NCBI GenBank assembly: GCA_963695545.1
Contig: OY968796.1
Coordinates: 864,001 to 928,000 of the forward strand
Length of the DNA: 64,000 bases
Direction: 5' to 3'
DNA from: Terriglobia bacterium
GTDB taxonomy: Bacteria; Acidobacteriota; Terriglobia; Acidiferrales; UBA7541
The notes under the pieces are model-generated. The model was not told where the DNA came from and did no database searches. It worked only from the letters and a program-made list of their open reading frames with translations. Within the stretch, counting starts at the first letter, position 1. The number at the start of each line of letters is the position of its first letter. Below are positions 47,167 through 56,800 of the stretch, piece after piece. The position numbers were made by a program, and so were the translations under genes.

Positions 47167-48048
47167 GTGCATTTCATTCAATGGGCGACGAACCCCTGGG
47201 GACAGAGCGTTCCGATTCACATTGCCTGGGTGCTGATCTGGGTGGCGGCGATTGCGGGTGTGGCGTTTTTGGTTGTGCATGCGATTTGGATCCGCTTTTT
47301 CGCGGCGCCCGAGGAATTCGCGAACACCACACTTTCCGCGGGCGCTCAAGCTGCGATACCCGAAAAAGTCAGAAGACATTCTCTGACCGCGCGTGTGTTT
47401 CACTGGGTCATGGCGGCGTCCATGCTTGTTCTGTTGTTCAGCGCGTTCCTTCCCAAGGTTGGCGTGCGGTTCGATTGGATCACGTATCACTGGATCGCCG
47501 GCCTCGTGCTGATTGCTTTGATCATCTTCCACATCTTTCACGCGACGTTCTTCATGGATTTCTGGTCGATTTGGCCGGATAAGATCGATATGGTCGACGC
47601 GAAGAACCGCGCGCTGCGCATGATGGGAAAATCCGCGCCGCTTCCGCGGAAATTTGCCAAGTATCCCTTCGAGAACAAGATGTATCACTTCGCGATTCTG
47701 GTTACGGGTCTCGCCGTGGCTGGCACCGGCGCGTGCATGCTGTTCCGGATTCACACCCCGTTTCTGACGCGCAATCCCTATTTGTTCAGCGATATGACCT
47801 GGGGATTGATGTACGTGTTGCACGGCCTCGCAGGGGTGGGATTGATCACGCTGATCACGACTCACATTTATTTCGCATTCCGCCCCGAGAAACTGGTCAT
47901 CACCAAGTCGATGATTTTCGGCACGATGCCCCGCGAATATGTTCTTGAGCACCACGATCCCGCGCGATGGGAGGTCGCAGGGAATCCTCCTTCGGCGCCG
48001 GCGCCGTCGGAATCACCGCTGATCGATCCAGAACGCGGGACTGCCTGA
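47167..48048 (+). CDS. cytochrome b subunit (FdnI / Ni-hydrogenase cyt b-like)
   Basis: RVFHW, YHWIAG, KYPFENK, VLHGL, THIYFA: four heme-ligand His in TM helices. Starts immediately after the FAD-subunit stop. Confidence 0.82.
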   Translation: MHFIQWATNPWGQSVPIHIAWVLIWVAAIAGVAFLVVHAIWIRFFAAPEEFANTTLSAGAQAAIPEKVRRHSLTARVFHWVMAASMLVLLFSAFLPKVGVRFDWITYHWIAGLVLIALIIFHIFHATFFMDFWSIWPDKIDMVDAKNRALRMMGKSAPLPRKFAKYPFENKMYHFAILVTGLAVAGTGACMLFRIHTPFLTRNPYLFSDMTWGLMYVLHGLAGVGLITLITTHIYFAFRPEKLVITKSMIFGTMPREYVLEHHDPARWEVAGNPPSAPAPSESPLIDPERGTA

Positions 48049-48049
48049 C

Positions 48050-48481
48050 ATGGCGCTGGAAGATCTGGTCGAGCGCTGCGACGCTGTGGAGGAATGTTAC
48101 GAGTTCATGCTTGCGTATGCCGCGCAGGGATTGACGCGCGATGCGGGCAGCGCGTCCGGAGAGCAACTCCGAAATTATCTGGGGCGCGCCGTGAAATCGC
48201 TCGCGGGCTTGCCGGGCGCATACGAGGCCGCCATCACGCAAGCCGGCCTCGAACCCGCCCAACGCCACCAAGAGTTTCTGGCGGTGCTTGATCGTGACTC
48301 GCGCGATGCTCTCGCGGCGATGGAATTGGTTTTGGGGCAGGCCAGCATCAGCTCGCAGCTCATCGATAATTTGAACGCTTCGATTCATCTTCGCGCCTTA
48401 CTGACGGATCTTTTCCTTCTTGACGAAATTGCCAAACTGCACCAATCCGCAGGAGATCGAGCCATATCCGCCGAAACGTGA
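48050..48481 (+). CDS. conserved-looking hypothetical helical protein
   Basis: ATG 1 nt after the cyt b stop; natural composition; acidic/His motifs EECYEFMLAYAAQG and NASIHLRALLTDLF. Confidence 0.65.
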   Translation: MALEDLVERCDAVEECYEFMLAYAAQGLTRDAGSASGEQLRNYLGRAVKSLAGLPGAYEAAITQAGLEPAQRHQEFLAVLDRDSRDALAAMELVLGQASISSQLIDNLNASIHLRALLTDLFLLDEIAKLHQSAGDRAISAET

Positions 48482-48490
48482 CGATTCCGG

Positions 48491-48889
48491 ATGAAGATTC
48501 TTCTGGTTGCGTGTGTTTTAATGATGAGTGCGTGCCAATCCGCCCCGGAAACGGCGCCGAAGCCTGCGGTAATGGGATGGAGTCCGGTCGCGGCGTGGTC
48601 GGGCCACGCGAACTACCAAACCGATTCCTTCAACATCGGGACCGGCCAGTGGCGCATCAAGTGGGAAGCCGACGCTGCGCAACCCTCGGCGCGCGCAAAT
48701 TTTCGAGTGACGGTCCACAGCTCGATCAGTGGCCGCTTTGTCACGGTAGCCGTGGACCATCAGGGGCCCGGGAGCGGGATTGCGTACGTCTCGGAAGATC
48801 CGCGCGAATTTTTCCTGGTCGTCGAGTCAACCGGCGCCGATTGGAAAGTGGCCGTGGAAGAAGGCACGGTTGGAGAAGAAACAAAGTAG
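48491..48889 (+). CDS. putative lipoprotein
   Basis: MKILLVACVLMMSA-C lipobox-like leader; beta-rich mature part. Confidence 0.6.
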   Translation: MKILLVACVLMMSACQSAPETAPKPAVMGWSPVAAWSGHANYQTDSFNIGTGQWRIKWEADAAQPSARANFRVTVHSSISGRFVTVAVDHQGPGSGIAYVSEDPREFFLVVESTGADWKVAVEEGTVGEETK

Positions 48890-48920
48890 ACCCTGACTCG
48901 GTGAGCGAGTTTACCCTTAC

Positions 48921-49481
48921 ATGTACACGTGCCGGCATTGCGAAGAGGAAATCAATCAGGCCACGGAGATTTGTCCGCACTGCGGCGCCGATCTGACGCT
49001 TGATCCGCCGGAGGAAGGCGCGAAGGCGCCACCGAGCCGTCGCAAACGCGTGATTCGCTGGATCGTGTTGCTGACGATTCTGTTTGGATCCCTGTGGAGT
49101 TTTTTGTGGTTTGTGATTTCGCCGCGAACCGGCCAGCCGACGCTGCAAGCCGAGGCGCAAGCGCTCGATACTTTGACCGAGGTGCAAGCAGCGCTCGCTT
49201 CGTATTCGCAAGCAATGTCCGGCGCGTATCCTTCCACGCTCGATCCATTGGGCGCGGCAGTGCGCGTGGCGGCGCAGCGCGCGCAGAGCTTGGGCTATCA
49301 GCTGCAATATGTGCCGGGGCCGCTGGCTTCCGATGGCTCGATACACAGTTATGCGCTGCAGGTTACGGCCGGCAACCACGGCTATCGCAGTTTCTACACG
49401 GATGAATCCGGCGCGGTGCGCGCGACGCGCGAAGAGCGAGCTGCCGTCTCATCTGATCCGCTGCTCGCTCCCGCTCACTAG
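48921..49481 (+). CDS. zinc-ribbon + TM + pilin/pseudopilin-like periplasmic domain protein
   Basis: CRHC...CPHC, basic stretch, one TM, then YPSTLDPL...GYRSFYTDESGAVR. Confidence 0.6.
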   Translation: MYTCRHCEEEINQATEICPHCGADLTLDPPEEGAKAPPSRRKRVIRWIVLLTILFGSLWSFLWFVISPRTGQPTLQAEAQALDTLTEVQAALASYSQAMSGAYPSTLDPLGAAVRVAAQRAQSLGYQLQYVPGPLASDGSIHSYALQVTAGNHGYRSFYTDESGAVRATREERAAVSSDPLLAPAH

Positions 49482-49532
49482 CTTTCGGGCCGCGCTCCGC
49501 GACGCGCGAATTCGCCCGGTGTCGGGCGCGAA

Positions 49533-49541
49533 TGCTATACT
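49533..49541 (+). promoter_or_regulatory. extended -10 promoter of tRNA-Ser
   Basis: TGCTATACT (TGn + TATACT) about 50 nt upstream of the tRNA. Confidence 0.5.
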
Positions 49542-49591
49542 TCGCGTAGCAGCGCGCATCAAAATTCAACAATTTCGGCCACGGTCTCCGC

Positions 49592-49685
<94 letters not shown>

Positions 49686-49783
49686 TTCGCGATCCCCCAT
49701 ATCTCCATTTAGTTCCGTCAATCAAAATTGGCGGGCTAGCGTGTTGACCAAGTACTAGAAATGTTCATCGCGCGTCGCGGTGA

Positions 49784-51925
49784 TCACCGTTGCACCGAGA
49801 TCTCGTACCAAGTGGTGACAGGTCTACCGAGTGGGATCTTCCAGGCATCGCCAAGTCGTCGTGCGTTGATGGCGGCACCGATAGGCTGCCCGGCGCCATC
49901 GATTGGATGAACCTGCACGGAACGCGCGCCCTCAAGGCCGCGTAGCGTGATGCTTCCCTCCACCTGCTCAATCAGCGAAGGCGAACCTCCCGAATTCGTC
50001 ACCATGGTGCCCGCAATATTCCATCGTTGCCCGGTATTTTCGACGCGACCTCCTGCAACTAAGAGCAACTTAGATGCCCGCGCGATCGGTTTGCCGTCGA
50101 TGGAACTGAGTTCAATCGCGCAAAAGGTGTTCTCGACTTGCGCGGCGAGATTGCTGATGGACTTTCCATTCGCGCCGACAAATCCGATCAGCGCTTGAGA
50201 TCGGGGCGTGTCGACGGTCACTAGCCCGGTCTGCCGCGAAGACTTGTACCAGACAAGCTGCTTGGTATCGGAGACGATCGGATCGGGTGCCGCAGCTCTA
50301 GGAAAACTTTGCGTTGCGGGACCGCCGAGCGACGAAATGCGAACTTCGTGTTCGAGTGGAAGGTAGAGCGGGAATCCGAAAGTGAAGTAAGGTCGATCGG
50401 TCGCAGGAAGAATCATACTGTCAAAAACCTGATCCGCTGTGTAGGAACGTTCCACCACGCTGCGCGCCTTTTCGACGTCGCCGCGAAGAAACACCAGCGC
50501 GCCCGCGGCAAGTTCCGGCATTTTGACCGGGTCAAATCCGATGTCAAACGCGCCGGCGACGTATGGCTTCCAGGCGGGATCGAGTTTCGGCTCGAAGGTG
50601 TAAAACATGATTGCGTCCCAGTCCTGAAACGCGCCATAGGCGGCGAGGATTGGGATGCCTTCGATGTCATAATCGTTCGGAAAGGGATTGTTGACTTCGC
50701 TTACGGTGTAAGGTTTGCCGGCGATCGCGGAGCGCGAAAGGTCGACCACCGTGGAGTCGAACGGATCGTTGAGCATGGACGATCTGTGGACGTAATAGTG
50801 GGGATGCTCCCAGTAATCGTGGCCATCGATTACGTCCATCGACAAAGTGGCCCGCAGAAGAGGATAGCCGCTAGTCAAATGATAAAAATCGGCTGTGGCG
50901 ATCACCAACGACTTCGAGCCAAGTGTCTGCTGTAAGTAATTTTTCATGTCTGCAAAATAATCGTGTTGCAGGTCGTCATAGAACTCCGCCTCTGCGTGAA
51001 GGCGTTCCGGCGGAGCCACAGCTTCGGGCGGAATCGGACCCGTATACGAAACTTGAGGCTGGATGAGCGGCACAGGCGAATTGTCTCCCTGCACACCTAC
51101 AGCCGAGCGCAGTTCTGCAACTTGTTCAGGGCTGCGGTGCCGCGTAAGCCACTGGTTGTAAAGGTCAGTCAGTTCCTGTAGATAAAACGGCGAAGGAGCG
51201 CGGAAACCGATGTCGATCGCGTTTTCATTGTTGATCTCGATCAGCGCGACGCCAGGGTCTTCCGTGTATTTGAGTTTGGTGTAAGGGTTCAGATGCCCCA
51301 GGAGTTGTCGAGCGTAATCTTTCTGCAGTTCGATCAGGCGCCGATCGTATAGCGACGTTCCTTTCGCGCCTTGGCTCAGCAAATCAGCGTCCTGCACGCC
51401 GTCGGCAGCGTTGAACGGGCGCGCGACGAGAAGATTGAAATCGATATAGATGCCACGCTTCTCAAGCTGGGCGATGAAGTAGTCTTCGCGGTCGAACGCC
51501 TCGGCGTCGAGAGCCTGAGTATCCTGGCGACGGCTATCGATTAGCCCGCGAGGCGTAAGAAAATCGAGAAACTGAAAGCGAACGCAATTCACGCCGAAGC
51601 GTGCCAGCGTCTCGGCCCAGAACGCAGCGTCTTGGAGGGGCGGAATTTGTTGCGAGTCCCTGCCCCAACCCGTGATATTGACCCCCCACAAGCGAACGCG
51701 CTGCCCGTCTGCCGTCGCCAAGTGGCCATCCTCCACTTGGATAAACCCATGCTTTCCGGCTGGAGCGTCGAGCAAGAACGACACATCCACCGGCGACGGG
51801 GAAAGCGTGGCTCGGCGATGTTCCATCGTGAATGGCACCATGCCGTCCGTCGTTTGCGCCGCGAGCAGTCGGCCACCTCCGATCACGCAGATCAAGAGCG
51901 CGAAAATCGTGACACAAATTTTCAT
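49784..51925 (-). CDS. exported clan GH-A (GH5-like) glycoside hydrolase of uncertain family
   Basis: Signal peptide; RLWGVNI, GVNCVRF, HLNPYT, EINNEN (acid/base), DGHDYW, TVSEVN (nucleophile). Confidence 0.65.
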   Translation of the reverse strand: MKICVTIFALLICVIGGGRLLAAQTTDGMVPFTMEHRRATLSPSPVDVSFLLDAPAGKHGFIQVEDGHLATADGQRVRLWGVNITGWGRDSQQIPPLQDAAFWAETLARFGVNCVRFQFLDFLTPRGLIDSRRQDTQALDAEAFDREDYFIAQLEKRGIYIDFNLLVARPFNAADGVQDADLLSQGAKGTSLYDRRLIELQKDYARQLLGHLNPYTKLKYTEDPGVALIEINNENAIDIGFRAPSPFYLQELTDLYNQWLTRHRSPEQVAELRSAVGVQGDNSPVPLIQPQVSYTGPIPPEAVAPPERLHAEAEFYDDLQHDYFADMKNYLQQTLGSKSLVIATADFYHLTSGYPLLRATLSMDVIDGHDYWEHPHYYVHRSSMLNDPFDSTVVDLSRSAIAGKPYTVSEVNNPFPNDYDIEGIPILAAYGAFQDWDAIMFYTFEPKLDPAWKPYVAGAFDIGFDPVKMPELAAGALVFLRGDVEKARSVVERSYTADQVFDSMILPATDRPYFTFGFPLYLPLEHEVRISSLGGPATQSFPRAAAPDPIVSDTKQLVWYKSSRQTGLVTVDTPRSQALIGFVGANGKSISNLAAQVENTFCAIELSSIDGKPIARASKLLLVAGGRVENTGQRWNIAGTMVTNSGGSPSLIEQVEGSITLRGLEGARSVQVHPIDGAGQPIGAAINARRLGDAWKIPLGRPVTTWYEISVQR

Positions 51926-52038
51926 AGTTTCCTCTTCCGGGAATCGTGAACGCTTCTGACAAAGCGGTCGGAGCCAAGGTCGTGAGCGAGTTCTCGAACT
52001 CGAGAGTAGACGGTGCATCGGCCTGGCGACGTTCGTGA

Positions 52039-53718
52039 TCATGGATACCGATACAGTTGCACGCGGCGAATTGTTGGGTCGCCTGCAGGGAACGAGACGC
52101 CTTCACCCGAAGAATTCTGGGAAGCCAATACCGACAAGTCGTAGAGTAGCTGAGTGTCGTCACCGTTGAGCCAGCGCCCGCCGATCCAGCGGTCCCGGCT
52201 GAACGTGCCTTCTTCGACCTTTGCAAGTCCGATCACAGGCGGCCCGGGAGTGTCTGGTGTGAACGTGACTTGAATATCGGTCCCGGCGATTACGAATTCG
52301 TCGGCGCCGCTTTGGAATACAAGCCCATATCCGCGGTCAGGCAGCACAGTTGATTTGCGCGTGACGCGCAATGCGAAATGTAGTGTGTAGCCGCCGAGGG
52401 AGACGTCTTGAGTCGGCCGGTCCGCCGAAAGCCAAACGCCGTCAATTGTTCCGCTCGCTTGGTGCTCAAGGATCATCGGCGCGATTTCGGCAAGGAAACC
52501 GTAGGCCTTGGCAATGGGTCCGGTCGCATCATCCTGATCTTCAATGTCGTATGCGGAGTAACCGATGGACCCGAACCCCACGGCGTAGAAGGCGTTGGCG
52601 GCGCCACCCGGGCCGGCGAGCGACTCCGGCACCCACGGTGGATTGCCGTTGCGACTGTAACGACCCAAAAGGCCGGGAAAATCAGTGAAGTAGATGTCAG
52701 GCGCCAAGATGTCAATGTTGGGCGCAGCGGCCTGCCAGACGTCATGCACCTGCGCGACCGCGCCGCCGCTCGGATAGTCCCCGGGAATTTTGTCCTGGGG
52801 CTTGACGAGCGCAGTATTGATGAACATCGGGAGCGGAAGTTCGGCCTTGCCCGTGCCAGCAACGAAGTTGATATAGCGCGCGTAGTTCCACGCCATGAAG
52901 ATTTCGTCGGTGGCGGGACCCGGCCCGAATACCTGCTGCCACGTGCCGGAATTTTTCGCACCGGCTTCTTCCCAAATCTTGCGAAACTCGGGTAAGAGTG
53001 TGTCTCTGTGTGCGCCGAGGTAGTCCATCAACTGCCGAGGCACGGGCTGGGCGAATGCTTGATTGGCCGCGGGACAATGATCACGCGTATCCGATATCAC
53101 GCCGACTTCGTTTTCAACCTGCAGGAACAGGACCGTGTGTTGCTCTGAGTCCACTTCGCGAAGGTGGCGCAGCAACGCGGCGAACGCGCGGGCGTCGGCA
53201 TCGCGATTGGATTCGCTAAAGGTGGAGAGAACGCCGAGAAGGTTTCCGCTGTTGTTCTGGACAAGCGGAAACCGGACGGGATCCTTCCGCACCCACACCG
53301 GAGCGTAGCTTGAGACGCCGTTCTTCCAGCTTCCAAACCAGAGCAGAACCAAGCGCAAATTGTTGCCGCGCGCATCGCGAAGGAGCGCGTCGAGCACGCT
53401 GAAATCGAAGTGTTCTTCCTCTGGCTCGATCTGCTGCCATGTAACAGGCGCGAGCACCGTATTGAGCTGAGCGGCGGCGAGCTTGGGCCAGATGGGTTTC
53501 ATATAATCGACGCTGGACGTCGCCGAATTTCGCACCTCCCCACCGAGCACAAGATAAGGCTTGCCGTCCACGATGAGCTGCGTGGCGGCACCCATCTTTT
53601 GCAAATGGGGAAGGGTGCTGACTTCCGCGGGCTGCTGTGCCGCGACAGATAGCGACCCCACCAGCATCGCCGTACACACGGCGGTCAACATGCACCGAGC
53701 TGTTTGATTCAGCTTCAC
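52039..53718 (-). CDS. GH35-like glycosidase with C-terminal DUF5597
   Basis: LIVDGKP, WQQIEPEE, WFGSWKNG, QVENE, YPSGG, APDIY, VPES. GTG start with AGGAG RBS; signal peptide. Confidence 0.85.
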   Translation of the reverse strand: MKLNQTARCMLTAVCTAMLVGSLSVAAQQPAEVSTLPHLQKMGAATQLIVDGKPYLVLGGEVRNSATSSVDYMKPIWPKLAAAQLNTVLAPVTWQQIEPEEEHFDFSVLDALLRDARGNNLRLVLLWFGSWKNGVSSYAPVWVRKDPVRFPLVQNNSGNLLGVLSTFSESNRDADARAFAALLRHLREVDSEQHTVLFLQVENEVGVISDTRDHCPAANQAFAQPVPRQLMDYLGAHRDTLLPEFRKIWEEAGAKNSGTWQQVFGPGPATDEIFMAWNYARYINFVAGTGKAELPLPMFINTALVKPQDKIPGDYPSGGAVAQVHDVWQAAAPNIDILAPDIYFTDFPGLLGRYSRNGNPPWVPESLAGPGGAANAFYAVGFGSIGYSAYDIEDQDDATGPIAKAYGFLAEIAPMILEHQASGTIDGVWLSADRPTQDVSLGGYTLHFALRVTRKSTVLPDRGYGLVFQSGADEFVIAGTDIQVTFTPDTPGPPVIGLAKVEEGTFSRDRWIGGRWLNGDDTQLLYDLSVLASQNSSGEGVSFPAGDPTIRRVQLYRYP

Positions 53719-53860
53719 TGGTTTGCTCCTAGACTCGCAAACTGGTTCGCTCGCTGAGGACATGGCTCCGCATAGTAGGCGGAAATTCGATCGGTATTTG
53801 AACAGAAGAACTGGGGTGCTCCTCCGACGGCATGAAGAGCACCCCAGCAATTAGAAAACC

Positions 53861-56800
53861 TCAGAACACAAACTTCGCGGAGACCCAGACCTGCCGCGCA
53901 CCCGAGCTGACAGCCGAAGCGTTGCTTCCGCTGGAGCCCAACGTAGATGTGATTTCTCCAAAGGTGCCGTTGTTCGACGTGCAGCAGGATGAATTGGGAT
54001 TGGCGAAATGGGGCGTGTTCGTGAGACTGAATGCCTGCAGCTCAAGCAGCAGGCTCATTTGCTCACGAATCGGGAATGCGCGGGAGACGCTCATGTCCAG
54101 GTTGAAGATGCCCGGCCCGCGGAATTCATCTCTGCCCGAATTCCCGAATGCACCAGGTGTGGGATTGGTCATCGTGGCTGCAGGAAAACAATAGGGGGAA
54201 GGAAGCGCTGTGGAAGCGCCGCATACCGCCACTTGCGCGAACGCCGCGGTGTTGAAGTATGTGCACGACGGAGACCCGGAAACGCATGGCGGGCCATTGG
54301 GTGTCGAGCCAATGTTGCCGTATATCGCGACGTTAGGCAGGATCTGATTGGCCAGCTGAGTGCTGGCGGCCGCATTCAAAGTGTTCGAGGCGCCGGTGAC
54401 GGTAAAGGGCATGCCGCTCGTTTTGGTCAGTACCTCGTTGAGCTGCCAGCCGCCCAAAATAGCGGACGCAGCGCCATGTCTCATCCAGTGGCCGTTTTTG
54501 CCGAAGGGCGAAGGCTCGACGCCGACGATTTCCAGGTTGTTGGTTTGGTCAAATCCAGCATCCGCCCGGTTTCGGGAAAAGTAATTGGGCTGTGGGAAGA
54601 GGAACGACCCATCATCGTTGTCGCCATTTATGTTATTGATCGCCTTGGAGTACGCGTAGTTGATGGCAAAGAATCCACCGTTTCCGATCCGGTGGCTTAG
54701 CTGCGTCTGCAAGGCGTTGTAGCTGGCCGTACCATAGGGGCCTTGAATGGTGATGGCTCCCCAATTCGTTGCGCCCGGCCCAAATAGATTCGGGAGCAAC
54801 GCGTTCTCAGCCTCCGCTGTACCACTGGTACCCGCACCCGGTTCGGAGTAATTGAGGGCAAGGTCTGCCTGTAGACGAATTCCAAGAGTACGAACATAGG
54901 CCACGTTCCAGTTAAAGCCGGCCCCCAGTTCGCGCTGCACGGTTAGATTGAAGGATTCGATGTAGCCTCGGTTGTAGTTCTGCGGGAACGTAAACGTTGT
55001 ATCGGTGTTGGGGAGAGTAATCGAGCCCGAGCTAATGTTGGGCCCGACCAGCGGCACAGGGAGACCGACGGGAACTCCTGTATATACTCCGATCGTGCAG
55101 GTAGTCGTACAAACTATCGGCGAACCCGCCGCGGGAAGCGAAAGGACTCCGGATGGCGAATAATTATTGCCGGCAATCTGATTTTCACTGACATCCGACG
55201 GGAATACGTCTCGTATATCTCTGAAGTTCGAGGGGTCAATGCTCATTCCGTAGCCCGCACGAATCACCGTCTTGGGCGTCAATCGATAAGCCAGACCGAA
55301 GCGGGGAGCAAACTGTGGGGTTGTTTTGACGCCGTCCAAGAGCGGCGTGGAGCCCATGCCGCCGATGGCAATCTGGCCGGTCGCGGGATTGAACAGGGGA
55401 ACTCCAAAAGGAGATCCTTCGTAATTTGCGTGCGTCACGAAGGGATAGTATTCCCATCGAATTCCATAAGTGATGGTCAACTTTTGGTTTACCTGCCACT
55501 GATCCCGTGCGTATAGCGACCATACTGACTCGCGCTCGGTATTCGGGTCGAATTCCTCACCTGTCTTGCCCTGCGAGTTCGGCAATCCGAGTAGGAAATC
55601 GGCCCACGTATTGAAGGCATTGGACGTCGTGCCACCCTGAGACGTCAAATCGCCATTAAACGTGAACGCCCCGCGGGGGCCGAAAGATCCCTGCGGTTGG
55701 AAGTGGTTGAGTGCCCAGTGTACGCGCTCGAAACCAAACCGGAGCGCATGGGTGTGCCTTTGCCAACTTAGGTTCACGTCGCTCACGTATTGGTTGTCCC
55801 TGAACAGGAAGGGGTTCGAAGAGGTAGGGTCTCCGGCCCCGCCAGCTTGGCTAAAAATACCGTTGTTGGTAAAGAACGAGGGGAATCCACCTTCGAGACT
55901 CGTGGTGCCGTTTGTGTTAGGGATTCCGAACTGTTGCCCGTAGTTCGTGCCGAGGTCAAGATTTAGCGCGCTGAGTCGTTGCCGGGTATATCCAAAGTTT
56001 CCGTCCAGGATAACGGCTGGCGAGAAGGCGTAAGTGCCGCCGAGTCCCACAACCTGAATCCGACCGGCCGCATTCCCCTGTTGGCCGCCATTGGTGGCTC
56101 CGCCACCGGCGACTCCGAGGTCCGGCGGGTCGAGAATGTCGCTGCCCGATTCGCTATAGCGCCCAAAGAGCGTGGACCTGCTGTTGGGAAGGTATGTGAA
56201 CTTCGTGTCTATGTCGTTCCGGGTGTAATTGCCGTCTGCGTCATTCTCGTAGTTGTTGCCACCGCCCAGCGTAAACTGCTGGAAATCCAGACCCGCCGGC
56301 ACTGAGAGATATTTCAGGTAATCGAGCACCGCAGGATTGATGTCCATGTTCGGAATGGTATTACCGGGAAATTGCGTGCGGCCAGTTCCGTTGGCGATGC
56401 CGGTCCATGGCTCATAGATTGGCGTGGCGGCCGGGAATGTGACGCCAGTGGCGCTCGAGCTGCCGGTGGCCGCGGTACACGAGGCCGAACTGATGCCGTA
56501 GGGGGCCGGAAAGAGGCAAAGGCCCGGGACCTCCTGGAGTAGGGAAGCGTTTTGCCTTTGTACGGTACGCTCGTAATCTCCGAAGAAAAATAGTTTATTC
56601 CGCTTGATCGGGCCGCCCACGTTGGCAGCGATCTGGTTGTTGATGTTCTTTTTTATATCGCCGCACCCGACGATGGAAACCGACGGCACGCAGTTGGGGC
56701 CGGAATATTCATTGACTTGCGTAAAGTAGGGCAGAGCCGTCATATGCTGGTCGTTGTGGCTGTAAAAGGCGCCGCCGTGGAACTGATTTGTGCCGGACTT

